Below are positions 52,753 through 64,000 of a DNA stretch of 64,000 bases, piece after piece. The notes under the pieces were generated by a model, which was not told the DNA's origin, made no database searches, and saw only the letters and a list, made by a program, of their open reading frames with translations. Position numbers and translations under genes: made by a program. The stretch is taken from the NCBI RefSeq assembly GCF_026210795.1, contig NC_089429.1, forward strand, positions 5,084,001-5,148,000. The letters run 5' to 3'. Positions within the stretch are counted from its first letter, which is position 1; each line of letters begins with the position of its first letter. The stretch comes from Rhizophagus irregularis (Eukaryota).

Positions 52753-54104
52753 CAGTCCCCTCTCGATATAACGAACCCTAGGTTCCAGCTGATCAGGGTT
52801 TCGTTATAAGCAACTTCGTTAATACTATAACGAATTCTTCGGTATAGGAATATTGGTTATACAGATCATGTGACTTGTTGATCTGATTACCGATAATTTA
52901 ACATTTTTTTTAATCTTTTTTTTATAGGGGTGCTTTCTAAACTTCAAAATAGATGCCTAGAATGAGAAGTAAGTGAGAACTGGAGGTTTTTTATATTAAT
53001 TTCATTTAAGAACATTTACTAATGTTCTTTTTTATTTTTTTTATTGTAGGGAACTTCCTGGACTTCAAAATGGACGCCTGAGACGAGAAGTAAGTGGGGA
53101 ACTCAATTTTTTTTATTTAAGAACATTTACTAATGTTCTTTTTTTATTTTTTTATTATAGGGAACTTCCTGGACTTCGAAATGAACGCTTGAGACAAGAA
53201 GTAAGTGGGACAACTCAATTTTTTTTATTAATTTCGTTTAAGAACATTTACTAATGTTCTTTTTTATTTTTTTTATTGTAGGGACTTCGAAATGGATGCT
53301 TGAGACAAGAAGTAAGTGGGACAACTCAATTTTTTCTTTTAATTTCGTTTAAGAACATTTACTAATGTTCTTTTTTATTTTTTTTATTGTAGGGACTTCG
53401 AAATGGACGCTTGAGACAAGAAGTAAGTGGGACAACTCAATTTTTTCTTTTAATTTCATTTAAGAACATTTACTAATGTTCTTTTTTTATTTTTTTATTA
53501 TAGGGAATGCTTCCTGAAGTGTTCTATATAAAAATGTTTATTATAATTCCTTTTTTTTGTAGGAATGCTGTTTAACAATAACTGACTATATAATAAATAA
53601 ATTATTAATGATATATTAATTTAACTAGGAATGTCCTTACCCCTGTGATAAATATAAATTAATAACAATTCACATCAAATCCTATTACAACCGAATTAAT
53701 GTAAATTAATGTAATTCTGCCTAAATATTAAATAAAATAGCCAGAATTATTAATCTTGATACGATCCTAATACAATCCTGATCTATAATTTAAATATAAA
53801 ACACAGGGGTGATATTTAATGTCATAATGCATCAATATTTATTAATAATTACATTTAATTATAAACTATAGAAATTCTTCGTTATAACTGAAAAAAAATT
53901 CGTTATAAAAAAAATCTGTTATATCGAAAGGCATTTTTATATAAGAAATTCACACACTTTACTTTGTACTACGTTATACAGTAAATAAATAGTAAACTTC
54001 ATTATATCAAGGTTTTTTTCATATTTAAAATCGGTACCACACTGTATGATCCGTTATATCGTGTTATTCGCTATATCGAGGTTCGCTGTAGAGAGGGGTG
54101 ACTG
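52753..54104. mobile_element. Non-autonomous pogo/Tc1-mariner-type element (1352 bp) carrying micro-exon array 3
   Basis: Imperfect TIRs cagtcccctctcgatataacgaacc versus cagtcacccctctctacagcgaacc; TA on both sides; removal restores the host frame. Confidence 0.85.
52921..53560 (+). other. Micro-exon/hairpin-branchpoint intron array 3, young tandem units of about 110 bp
   Basis: Five introns GTAAGTG...AAGAACATT-TACT-AATGTTCTT...TAG; exons of 41, 40, 40, 30 and 30 nt. Confidence 0.8.
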
Positions 54105-54999
54105 TATATGTCGTAGGTTGCCCATCTTTAACCTTTTTAAATAGGTTGTTGTAACATCTTTTCACCTCCGCCTTATTCTTCCATTTCTGAATCTTTGACG
54201 GACTAGCCTGAGTGTTAGTAGACGGTAATTTATGCCCAGTCACTTCGAAAACAGAATACATAACGTCTTTAACTCTAGACGTGAACGTCCCTCATATGCT
54301 TCTATGTTGTTGTACTAACTATTAAAAAAAAATGTTAGTATGAAATTTAATAAAATTCATAATTGCTTTAACTTACAGTCGGGGCAATTTTTTTTTCGAA
54401 AAAAATAATCCATTGATTTTTTTTGAACTGGCGCATAAATTCCGGATTTTCGTCTTTTAAATATTTTTCAGTAGCGAGTTTGTACTCGTCTTGCGAAGGA
54501 TAAACAAAATTTTCAAATAAAATTTTTGACACCTTCTTAACGAGCTTCTAATCAAACGAGGTTAGCATTTCAGGTTTACATTAAATAATATTCATCTTTA
54601 TTACCTTTACATACTCCGGATCTATTGTATTATTATTATTTTTGTTATTATCGTTGAGCTTTTTTTCTATGCTCGAGAGACGGGTTTCAAGATTTTTTTG
54701 TCCGGTGATAAGAACTTCAAGCTTAGAAATTATCTGCGAATTGGTTCTTAATAGTTTTTCTATTGTTTTTTTATTAACTTTAACAATAAAATATAATTTA
54801 ACTATATATTATATAATTTCTTTTATAAAGAATATGATACATATTATGTCATATATACCATCAACACTATCATCGGATATTCTCACTCGCTTCTCAGCTT
54901 CGCTACCCTCAGTACTACATTTTGAAAATCTTTCATTATCGTCAATTCTTCGTTTCTCGCCACGCTTTGTAGCCATTATGATAATAAATTTGAAACGAA

Positions 55000-55098
55000 A
55001 ATATGAGAAAAAGGAGGAAATATATGAGAAAAAGGAGGAAATATATGAGAAAAAAGAGGAAATATATGAGAAAAAAGAGGAAATATATGAGAAAAAGG
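55000..55098. repeat. 21-bp tandem repeat (about 4.5 copies)
   Basis: atatatgagaaaaa(g/a)gaggaa. Confidence 0.85.
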
Positions 55099-56119
55099 TG
55101 AACTAGAAAATTCGAAAAGGATGAGGAAAAAGGGGGAAATACATGAATCAGAAATTCAGAAAAAGAAGGCAAGCTGTCATAAGGTAATTTCCGCCATTCT
55201 ATACTAAAAAAGAAAAAAAACTTGCGAAATATTGCGAAAAATGAATGAACTAATGCGAAATATTACGAAAAATGAATGTACTAATGCAAAAATTTTGCAT
55301 CGTGATATTACGAAAAAATATTGTAACACTTTCATAAGAGAACTTTAAAAAAAAACTCTCGTAAAAGCACATAATACAATCGAAATATTAATCAAATCCA
55401 ATTTATAAAAAAATAACATGTTACACATGTTGGGGCTTTTATGCATGGAAAAAAAAAGTTGCAGCCAGTGAACTCATTTGGCTGATCAGATTGATAGTGA
55501 TCTTGAGCGCTTATAACCTGATTATCGCATAAATTTGTGGCTGATCATCTGTCCATTATTGTAAAAGTGATTTGCCGTGTTAAGCCAATAAATTTGCGGC
55601 TGATTATCAGATGATTAGCCGATTGAATAAGCCATCCGAATTCTTACAGCCCGTTACAGCAAATTCAAAATATGCGAAACACTCAGCACTTTTGCTGTCA
55701 GATTCACTTGGCAGGTTGCCGGCAAATTGAAATAGTAAATAAAATAATAAACAATATTTATATGGTACATCATAGACTTGTTACATTTATTTTTAGATTT
55801 GCCAACCCACGAACTTGGCAAGTTCCCGACAGCAAAATTGCTGAGTGTTTCGCATATTTTAAATTTTGCTATAATGCGTAAAATTGCGAATGATTCCGCG
55901 ATATTAGCCACCAGATTCTTACAGCCAGTTCCATTCATTAATGCGTAAATTTGCGTAGTCGTGTCTATTCAAATAACTTAATCAATTGTAATCCATTCAA
56001 TTAATTCATTAAATTTTTACAATGAATTTGCAATATAATTTTATTAGCACATATAATCTTATATAAATTAAATAGTGAATTGATACTTTTCATCAAATTT
56101 GACGCGTTAATTTAGTAAC

Positions 56120-59099
56120 ATGAGTTTCAAATGCCCCCTTTGTATGCGAATATTCAGTCAACGCTTTGCATATACTCAACACGCCCAAAAATGCTTAAAA
56201 AATGTAGAAGTAGAAGTAGAAGATGATGATGATAATAATGATAGTGAAAAATATAGCAGTGAAATGGATACAAGAAGTAATCTAAGTAGTGAATATGAAA
56301 ATGATAAAGTTGAGGTAATTATGTTATTCCAGATTATTCTTTTTAAAGAAAAAGCTCAAATTATACTAACTCATTTTGGTTTATAATTTTAGGTGGATGA
56401 TGATAATAATGTACAAAATATGTCATTTGACAGTATTGGAAGTGCAATATCAGAGATGAGCCTTGAAGATAGTAACTTTGAAAATATATTAGATTCATCT
56501 GAAGAGCCTGAAATTTTTGAAGAACCCAAAAATCTCAATACCAAAACTTGCACAGAATTTCCTAATGATGCTTATAAAGATCTAATGTTATTAGTAACGA
56601 AATATAAAATAAACAATAAAGGTGGTAATGAAATAATACGTTTTTTTAATAAACATTCAAATCTTACAGAATCACCATTACCAAAAAATATTGAACAGGG
56701 ACTAGCATTTATGAATAATATGAAGTTTTCTAATTTAGAATTTAGTAAAGTTCTTATAACAAAACATAAGGATAAAGATTATTTTCTTTATTATCAAAAC
56801 TTAATACAGTGCATCAAAAATATCTTAACTGTTCCTGACATAACACAAAATTTTGCGCTATCTTACGAAAACTATGAGGTAAATAGTAAATATTAGTTAA
56901 TTCAATAATTTAAATAATATTTATTTTAATTTATTTATATTATTTTATAGTATAATAGAGAAAGTATTTACAGTGAACAAAACACTGGAAAATGGTGGAA
57001 AACTACGCAAGAATCCTTACCTACTGGTTCCAAATTATTATCAATTATTTTATATTCAGATGCAACAACTACAGATACATTAGGAAAAAGTCAATTGCAT
57101 CCAATATATATTTCATTAGGCAATATCCCAATATGGCGTCATAATAAACAGGATGCAAAGCAACTTTTGGGATATTTACCAATTTTAGAAGCTGCAAATA
57201 AAGATCTGGTTCGTGATACCTTTCATAAATCTTTACGTCATTTACTAGAACCAATTATTTTATTAAAAGATGGTATAGACCTTTTTATAAATAATGAAAA
57301 TACCTGGTTTTATCCTAGAGTTTCAACTATTATTGCAGATTGGCCAGAAGCCGCAAGTTTTTGTTTAGTTTATAAATCCTCCAATTCAAGCCTTCCATGT
57401 CACTCCTGTTTAATTAAAAGGGACAATCTTGCAAATATAAACTTATCGGTTAATGATGTAATACTAAGAACTCATGATGAAATGCATAAATATTTTGAAA
57501 ATGATACACAAAAATCTGTTTGCATAGAATCTGTACCTAATTTTTTTGGGATTTGCCGTAAGTATGCAAAAGTAGAAATAATTATAATAACATATATATA
57601 TATTAATTATAAATATTTATATTATCAAGGAATATAAATATCTACTTGGCTACTGTTCCTGACAGAATGCATCATTTAGATTTGGGTTTATTTCGTTATC
57701 AAATTATCTTCACGTGCGATATCTTAAAATTGCAACATGTTAATGGTAATAAATTAGTTGAAGAAGTAGATTGCCGTCTAGCAGCAATTCCACGTTTTCC
57801 CGCCATTAAAATTTTTTCCAATGGACTGCAGTCAATTGCAAGATTAACTGCTAATGAATATCGAAGTTTGATGAAAGTCATGATATTTGTTATTGATAAT
57901 TTATATGATGAAAATAATAACGAAGTAGATAATTTTGTAAATAATGATGATCTTGTGAAATTGTACGAATATTGGAATGAAATGTATATTTTAAGTAGAT
58001 ATGAAGAATTTAGTGAAAGTGACTTGGAGAAATTTAATATATGTATTAAAATTTTAGTAAAATCGAAAATTTAAATTAAATAAATTAAATTAACATTTAA
58101 ATTTTAGGATGCAATACATAGATGGGCGCGGATGTTTGTCAAGGCTTTTAAATTTGTTTCTCCTTCCAATTTGAAGTTGCCTAAATTGCATTCATGGGTT
58201 TATCACATTATTGACTCAATACGATCTTATGGCGCAATAAATGGCTATACCACAGAAACTTACGAAAGTCTCCACAAATATTTCGTTAAAATACCCTACC
58301 GAATTAGCAATAAAAAAGATGTCGAACCTCAGCTTTTACAAACTGTAAGTATTTGGAAATTTATTTATTGTATATATTTATTATATAACTTAAGATGGAA
58401 ATTAAATTAATAGATAAAACGTCAAGCAATATCTATTAGAATGTCTCAACATTCAGTGAATCCAGCAAAAACACCTCGCACTTGTAAATTTTCTGCAAGA
58501 CTCTTTGATTTCTCTTTACAAGATGCAAATACATTTTTTAATGAAAAAAAAGATTCCGTAGACAATAAAATGCAGACCGGTTTTGCTAGATTTATAAGTT
58601 GTCTGGATTCATATCTAGATTTACTTGATGGGTTCACAATTATTGGTGAAACCCGAATAAACATATACGGATCGGTAACACTGGAAAATGGTGCCATAAT
58701 GCGTGCCACAAACAGGTATCATAATAAAGTATGGTTTAGCGACATAGCTATTTCAATGGATTCTGAAGAATCAAATGATTATATATCAGACAAAGGACTT
58801 TGTTATGGACAGGTATTTTTCCAATTTATGTAATAATTTATTATAAAGTATTAATAAATATTTATTATTTATAGGCCTTATTGTTAGCAGAAGTATTAAC
58901 AGACCCACCGCTAAATCTCGCATTAATTCAATGGTACGATTTTAAATCTAAAAGGAACCCATATTTATATGGATGTCCTCACTTAAAATTGATAGAATTA
59001 TATAACTTTGTAGCTATAGAGTCTATACATGGTGTCGTTCACATAGTACCCCGATTTGATAAACAAAATGAATATTTCGTAAATAAATATATTTTTTAG
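56120..59099 (+). pseudogene. Plavaka-type (CACTA-related) transposase with N-terminal zinc finger, about 7 exons
   Basis: CPLC...H...C finger; LYSDATT...HPIYISLGNIP; IIADWPEAA; VPDRMHHLDLGLF; PKLHSW...ESLHK. 1-nt frameshift near 57541 and a mutated donor near 58040. Confidence 0.85.
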
Positions 59100-59194
59100 T
59101 CACTTGATATAGGAGTTTTGATTTATTTTAATAAAATTATATCCTTAAAGAATTTATGGTCACGTTTCCCATATCATAAATAAAATGCAGATTT

Positions 59195-59413
59195 ATTTAT
59201 TTAATTATTAACAACACGGGTGTGACATAAATAAATCGTGACTGAAATTTGTGTTCAATTTGTGTTCAATTTGTGTTGATAATTCTGGTAAAAAATTATT
59301 AATTTTGGCCAAATTTCGTTAAATTTGTTAAATTTGTGTTGAGTTTGTGTTGAATTTGTGTTGCGTAATTTTTTATTTATCACAAGGGGATGATATTTAG
59401 TAATTGCATGTAC
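59195..59413. repeat. Right arm of the internal inverted repeat
   Basis: Reverse complement of 51923-52135. Confidence 0.85.
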
Positions 59414-59630
59414 GACGTACAAGATTTTTTTTTATGATTTTTTTAAGAAATGTACGCAAAATATTTAATCAGAATATAATTGTTTTATTTTTAAATATGA
59501 TATATTGATGATTTTTTTTTTAAAAAAAAAAATTGATTTTTTTAAAATTCAATAGAATGTGCTAATAATAAATTAGTTTATTTTTAAATATAATATATTG
59601 ATATTTATATTTAAATAACCAAAACATGTA

Positions 59631-60919
59631 CAGTCACGTCCGAAAGTGACGCCCGATTTAAAATTAATGCCAAAAATGGCAAAACTTTATTGATTTTCAT
59701 TAAAATTCACATAAAAAATAATTACTAAAAATGGTTAATAATGTGTTGGCCCTCCCCTTGCTTCTAGTACTGCATTTATTCTTTGTGGCATTGAAGCAAC
59801 AACCTCTTCAAAAATGGAGCAATCCAAATTTTCCCATTCTTCACTTAGTGCAACTTTAAGTTCATCCACAGTTCTTGGAAAGACTTTACAACTCTGGATA
59901 TTGTCCTTTAACTGCTTCCAGATGTTTTCTATTGGATTTAGATCGGGAGAATTTGCCGGCCAATCAATAACCACAATTTTATTCTTCTTCAACCAATCCT
60001 TGGTTATTTTCGCGGTATGTATGGGTGCATTATCCTGTTGAAAAATTGCAGCCCTTCCTGTTAACTCATGAACTGTATGCTGAAATGGATACAGATATGA
60101 ATTTAGGATTCTAATGTAAGTATTTGAATTGATTTTTTCATTTCCTTCTTTATTTTCATCACAAAAAATTAATGGCCCTTTTATCCCTCCTGCAAAACAT
60201 CCCCAAACCATGACTGATTTTCGACCACTTTTAAAGATAGGTGTCAAGCATTCAGTGTTAAACCTTTCCCCTGTGTGTCTCCAAACTCTTATTTGTCGTG
60301 ACTGCTTGCCAATCTCAACACTTGATTCATCTGAGAAAATAACTTGTGCCCAATCATAAGCTGTTTTTTCTTTATATTTTTCACACCAACTAATACGAGC
60401 TAATGCATGCTTTTCTGAGATAAAGGGTTTTTTTGCAGCAACATGGGAATAAATTCCAACACTATGTAATGCTCTTTTAGCAGTTGTAAGGCTGCAATTT
60501 AAATCTAATGTATTAATGACTTCATGTAAAGGTTCGCGTCGATCTTGTGTAACTTTGTTTATGAGTGCATTTTTCTCATTATTATTGAGAGCAGGTGGAC
60601 GCCCCGATCTAGGTAAATTTTCAGTTTTCCCTGTCTTCTTGTATCTGTCAATAATTCTTCTTATTGTGGTGGGGTCACGACCAATTTTTCTTGCTATTTG
60701 TGCAGGGTTAAAATTCTCCATATATGCTAGTATTTTTCCTTTATCTTGAGAAGTTAACTCAGTTCTATGTGACATTATTTTTTTAACTTTGCAACGCGTT
60801 TATTAGGTTATGAAATTGTGAGAAAAACATTTAAAAATAAAAAAAAGGGGGTATAAATAATGTAAATTTTGTGTATCGTAACACCGTACAAAATCGGGCG
60901 TCACTTTCGGACCCGACTG
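59631..60919 (-). mobile_element. Tc1 element, full length
   Basis: 29-bp TIRs cagtc(ac/gg)gtccgaaagtgacgcccgattt; TA TSD in a catgTAcatg context. Confidence 0.95.
59735..60775 (-). CDS. Tc1 DD34E transposase (346 aa, intact)
   Basis: N-terminal HTH and GRP; FSDES, FQQDNAPIH, SPDLNPIEN; 34 residues between the second D and E. Confidence 0.95.
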   Translation of the reverse strand: MSHRTELTSQDKGKILAYMENFNPAQIARKIGRDPTTIRRIIDRYKKTGKTENLPRSGRPPALNNNEKNALINKVTQDRREPLHEVINTLDLNCSLTTAKRALHSVGIYSHVAAKKPFISEKHALARISWCEKYKEKTAYDWAQVIFSDESSVEIGKQSRQIRVWRHTGERFNTECLTPIFKSGRKSVMVWGCFAGGIKGPLIFCDENKEGNEKINSNTYIRILNSYLYPFQHTVHELTGRAAIFQQDNAPIHTAKITKDWLKKNKIVVIDWPANSPDLNPIENIWKQLKDNIQSCKVFPRTVDELKVALSEEWENLDCSIFEEVVASMPQRINAVLEARGGPTHY

Positions 60920-61217
60920 TACATGATTTTTAATTATTTTTAATTGAAATCAAACTAAGATCTTTTTTTTTAAAAAAAAATTAAAATAAATTAAGTGATT
61001 TATATTTATATTTAGAATCATGATATTTATATTTAGATAATCCATATCCGCATGAGATTTAATTAATATGTTTAATGATGAAAAGTCTAATAAATTAAAT
61101 TTTAATTGAAACGAGAAATAAAATCAAACCAAAGAGGTATTGTTCAAATTTTATTTAAAGTGACATTTTACGACTTTCTTTCAAATTTTTACTCATCCCA
61201 AAATCAAATTACTAATA

Positions 61218-61871
61218 ATGCCTCGCCACACACGTCGTCGTTCCCACTATAACGTCCATTGGAACTAAGCTATGATGGACGAACTTGTTGATATACGCCG
61301 AGACAGAAACTGCGCCTACCACAATATTAATGGTAGAAGCCGCCAAGATTTTTGGGACTCTGTTGCCAATAGGTTCATATGACTAATATCTATAATTTCT
61401 TTAAGAAAGAATTTAAATTCAAATTAACCAATCCATTTAATTGAATCAGAATAAATAGAATATTTCGAACGAGGGTTTCTGGGCAACAGTGCAGCCAAAA
61501 GTGGAGGAACCTCGTCAGGGATTACCATGTAAGTAAATAAATAACATTACATTCATATAAATTAAATGTATTTACCGAATATTCAAACTGATTTTGATAT
61601 TTAGAACTATGTCCTTTATCGTAATGGTAACCTTGGGCAGCGGCTGTGGACGCGTACCGGCGTAAGATATTATCGCGAATTTAGAACGAGATTTTGGGAG
61701 AGGCCGGGTAATTATACTATAATAAAATTTATAATTAATATTTACGTTCATGTTTTAAATTTGATAAATTTGATCAATTTTAGTCACGCGTGATGATCGT
61801 AGGGCAAGGAGAAACTTACCTACGTATCGTAAGAAGATAATTATTTTTATTTTTTTATTATTTATTAAGTG
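61218..61871 (+). pseudogene. Myb/SANT-like (trihelix-type) DNA-binding protein gene, spliced, one premature stop
   Basis: Not in the ORF track. Spliced translation MPRHTRRRSHYNVHWN*AMMDELVDIRR...FWDSVANR|INRIFRTRVSGQQCSQKWRNLVRDYH|NYV...WTRTG..YY.EF...FWERP; 3' end uncertain. Confidence 0.7.
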
Positions 61872-62220
61872 AGTAGCTAGGCCCAGTCCGTACCAAATAT
61901 CGGCTGGAGACTCACGTTTTTTTGGGCTGTGACTGATACTGACGTCCACGCCGTACAGCCTGGGTACTATTTTATAAAATAGTAGCGAACAAGTATCAAA
62001 TGTGTATTTTTTTTATTAAGTTATAATAAAAATTAGAATTTACTTTAATTTTTAACATAAAAATTGTAAATAATAAAAAATTCGTAAATAAAAATAAATT
62101 TGCTTTCCCAAACTTAAAAAAAAAGGTGTTTATATAAAAGAAAAGGTGTTTATATTATTTTTGATTATTCAATAGTATCACATGCCCCTTGTATACGTTC
62201 TACTGCATATGCAGTTTACA

Positions 62221-62720
62221 ATCTCGTAAATTTTTGAAATATTTCAACCGTAATATTACGCAGGTTTACAGTTTCGTAAATTTTTGAAATATTTTAACCG
62301 TAATATTACGCAGGTTTACAGTTTCGTAAATTTGCAGAATATTTTGATCGTAATATTACGCAGGTTTACAGTTTCGTAAATTTTCAAAATATTTTAACCG
62401 TAATATTACGCAGATTTACAGTTTCGTAAATTTTCGAAATATTTCAACCGTAATATTACGCAGGTTTACAGTTTCGTAAATTTTCGAAATATTTTAACCG
62501 TAATATTACGCAGGTTTACAGTTTCGTAAATTTTCAAAATATTTCAACCGTAATATTACGCAGGTTTACAGTTTCGTAAATTTTTGAAATATTTCAACCG
62601 TAATATTACGCAGGTTTACAGTTTCGTAAATTTTCGAAATATTTCAACCGTAATATTACGCAGGTTTACAGTTTCGTAAATTTGCAGAATATTTTGACCG
62701 TAATATTGCGTAAATCTTAC
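62221..62720. repeat. 50-bp tandem subterminal repeat (about 10 copies) of the Plavaka element
   Basis: taatattacgcaggtttacagtttcgtaaatttt(c/t)gaaatattt(c/t)aaccg recurring at 62251, 62301 ... 62701. Confidence 0.92.
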
Positions 62721-63115
62721 GATATTGAAAACTTACGTAATATTTAACCGTAATATCACATAAATCTTACGAAATTGTAAACTTACGTAATATTTTGAAA
62801 TTTTTCGAAATATTATGCCATAAACTTTCGTAAACTTACAAAATCGTAAACTTACGCAATTTTTCGCGCTATAAAATTTCCTAATGTAATATTAAGAGAA
62901 AATGGAAAAGATATTGAAATACCAATAGAATATGAAAATAATGACGAAAATATTAATGACAATAATGATAGTGATGATAGTGAAGATGAAGATAGTGAAA
63001 ATGAATATGAAGAAACAAGTGAACGAGAAATATATTTAATAAATAATGAAGAAAAAGGACATATTATAGAGGAAAACTATTAGGTCTTGGCCATAATAAT
63101 GGAGAGACATTAAAG

Positions 63116-63925
63116 ATGCACAAAGATTGGACAGACGAAATAAAATATAAAGATTTAGAGAGATTACAAGAGAAAGAATTAAAAGATTTAGTTAAAGAAT
63201 ACGAAGATATTTGTATATATGGGGATAAGAAAATAAGTAAAACAAATATAGTAGAATGCAATATAAGGTTGAAAGATGAAACGCCAATAAATCAAAAAGC
63301 ATATAGAGAAAGTACAGAAAATAGAGAAATAATAAAAAGAGAAATAGATAAAATGTTAAAAGAAGAGATAATACAAGAATCATGTAGTCCATGGTCGTCA
63401 CCAGTAGTAATAGTAAATAAGAAGACAGGAGATAAAAGATTTTGTATAGATTTTAGAAAAATAAATCAAATGACGATAACAGACGCATATCCCTTACCAA
63501 GAATAGATGACTTATTAGAAAAATTTAGAGTAGCAAAATGGTTTACAACAATTGATTTAGCAAGTGGATATTGGCAAATAGAGATGAAAGAAGAAGATAA
63601 AGAAAAGACAGCATTTATTTGTAGTCAAGGATTATACGAATTTAATGTTATGCCATTTGGGTTAAAAAATGCACCGGCAATATTTCAAAGAACAATGAAT
63701 AAAATATTTAAAGAATACTTAGATAAATTTATGAACGTATATATAGATGATATTATAATATATTCAAAAAATTGGGATGAACATTTACAACATATAAAGA
63801 TAGTATTAGAAGAATTGAGAAAAGCGAATATGATGTTAAAATTAAAGAAATGTGAATGGGCGAAAAAGAATGTAAAATATTTGGGACATATAGTAGGAAC
63901 AGATGGATTAAAACCAGATAATAAG
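63116..63925 (+). CDS. Gypsy reverse transcriptase, truncated by MITE copy 3
   Basis: SPWSSPVVIV.KK; RFCIDFR; YPLPRIDDL; IDLASGYWQI; MPFGLKNAP; YIDD; YLGH. Confidence 0.92.
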
Positions 63926-64000
63926 CACAGGTCGAAAAGTGAAAAATCAGGCACCAATCGGTCACCAATCAGGTAGCTGATTGGTTACTGATTGGTGACC
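63926..64000. mobile_element. Fold-back MITE, copy 3 (left end only)
   Basis: cacaggtcgaaaagtgaaaaatcaggcaccaatcggtcacc, identical to the start of copy 1. Confidence 0.9.

Larger units (their letters stand above)
52205..54976 (-). pseudogene. Spliced accessory gene of the Plavaka element (coiled-coil, acidic GAAND-repeat tail)
   Basis: ATG at 54976 (MATKRGEKRR), at least 5 exons; in-frame TGA near 54293; split at ...PTTY|MSLIIDK by the 52753-54104 insertion. Confidence 0.65.
50561..62886. mobile_element. Plavaka/CACTA-like DNA transposon, 12.3 kb
   Basis: TIRs of about 41 bp (catcaggaaattatatagtgcgaaaagttgcgcaagtttac versus cattaggaaattttatagcgcgaaaaattgcgtaagtttac); TA duplication; subterminal CGTAATATT repeats at both ends; encloses a Plavaka-type transposase. 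Confidence 0.88.
47061..64000 (+). mobile_element. Ty3/Gypsy LTR retrotransposon, interrupted by several insertions and running off the window
   Basis: gag-like ORF 49495-50325; protease DSGAS at 50291 continuing after 62888; RT 63116-63925. Confidence 0.88.

Noticed and set aside
52921..53560. Repeat-spacer-like pattern suggesting a CRISPR or a coding repeat
   Set aside because: Units are whole tandem duplicates carrying splice signals; no cas genes; exon lengths break the repeated frame
54642..55172. ORFs with YEKKEEI or FLIYFLF repeats
   Set aside because: Translations of a 21-bp tandem repeat and antisense of the accessory gene
62221..62720. Regular 50-bp array resembling a CRISPR
   Set aside because: No unique spacers, eukaryotic context, and it sits just inside a transposon TIR as subterminal repeats

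Overview
Very AT-rich eukaryotic DNA with short GT-AG introns. The expanded TKL-kinase/Sel1 genes and the transposon spectrum suggest a Glomeromycota fungus such as Rhizophagus (inference). The left part (1-37 kb) holds a secreted Cys-rich protein gene and a birth-and-death cluster of kinase genes with an MLKL/HeLo-like N-terminal domain: two intact pseudokinase-Sel1 genes, one of them a large tandem-kinase fusion, and about four pseudogenes. It also holds a Crinkler-like REase pseudogene, several MITEs and a Helitron 3' end. The right part (37.8-64 kb) is a nested mobile-element pile: a LINE (RT-RNase H); a decayed two-gene element encoding a D5/SF3-like helicase and a short protein-primed-type DNA polymerase B; and a Gypsy LTR element split by a 12.3-kb Plavaka/CACTA-like transposon that itself carries a pogo-like element and an intact Tc1. 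Two observations stand out. (i) The helicase + putative TP/OTU-pPolB element has iteron-like repeats and no visible capsid or integrase gene. (ii) At least three arrays of apparently non-coding micro-exons have introns that place the TACTAA(C/T) branch site in a covarying hairpin. All domain calls come from motif recognition by eye; no searches were run.
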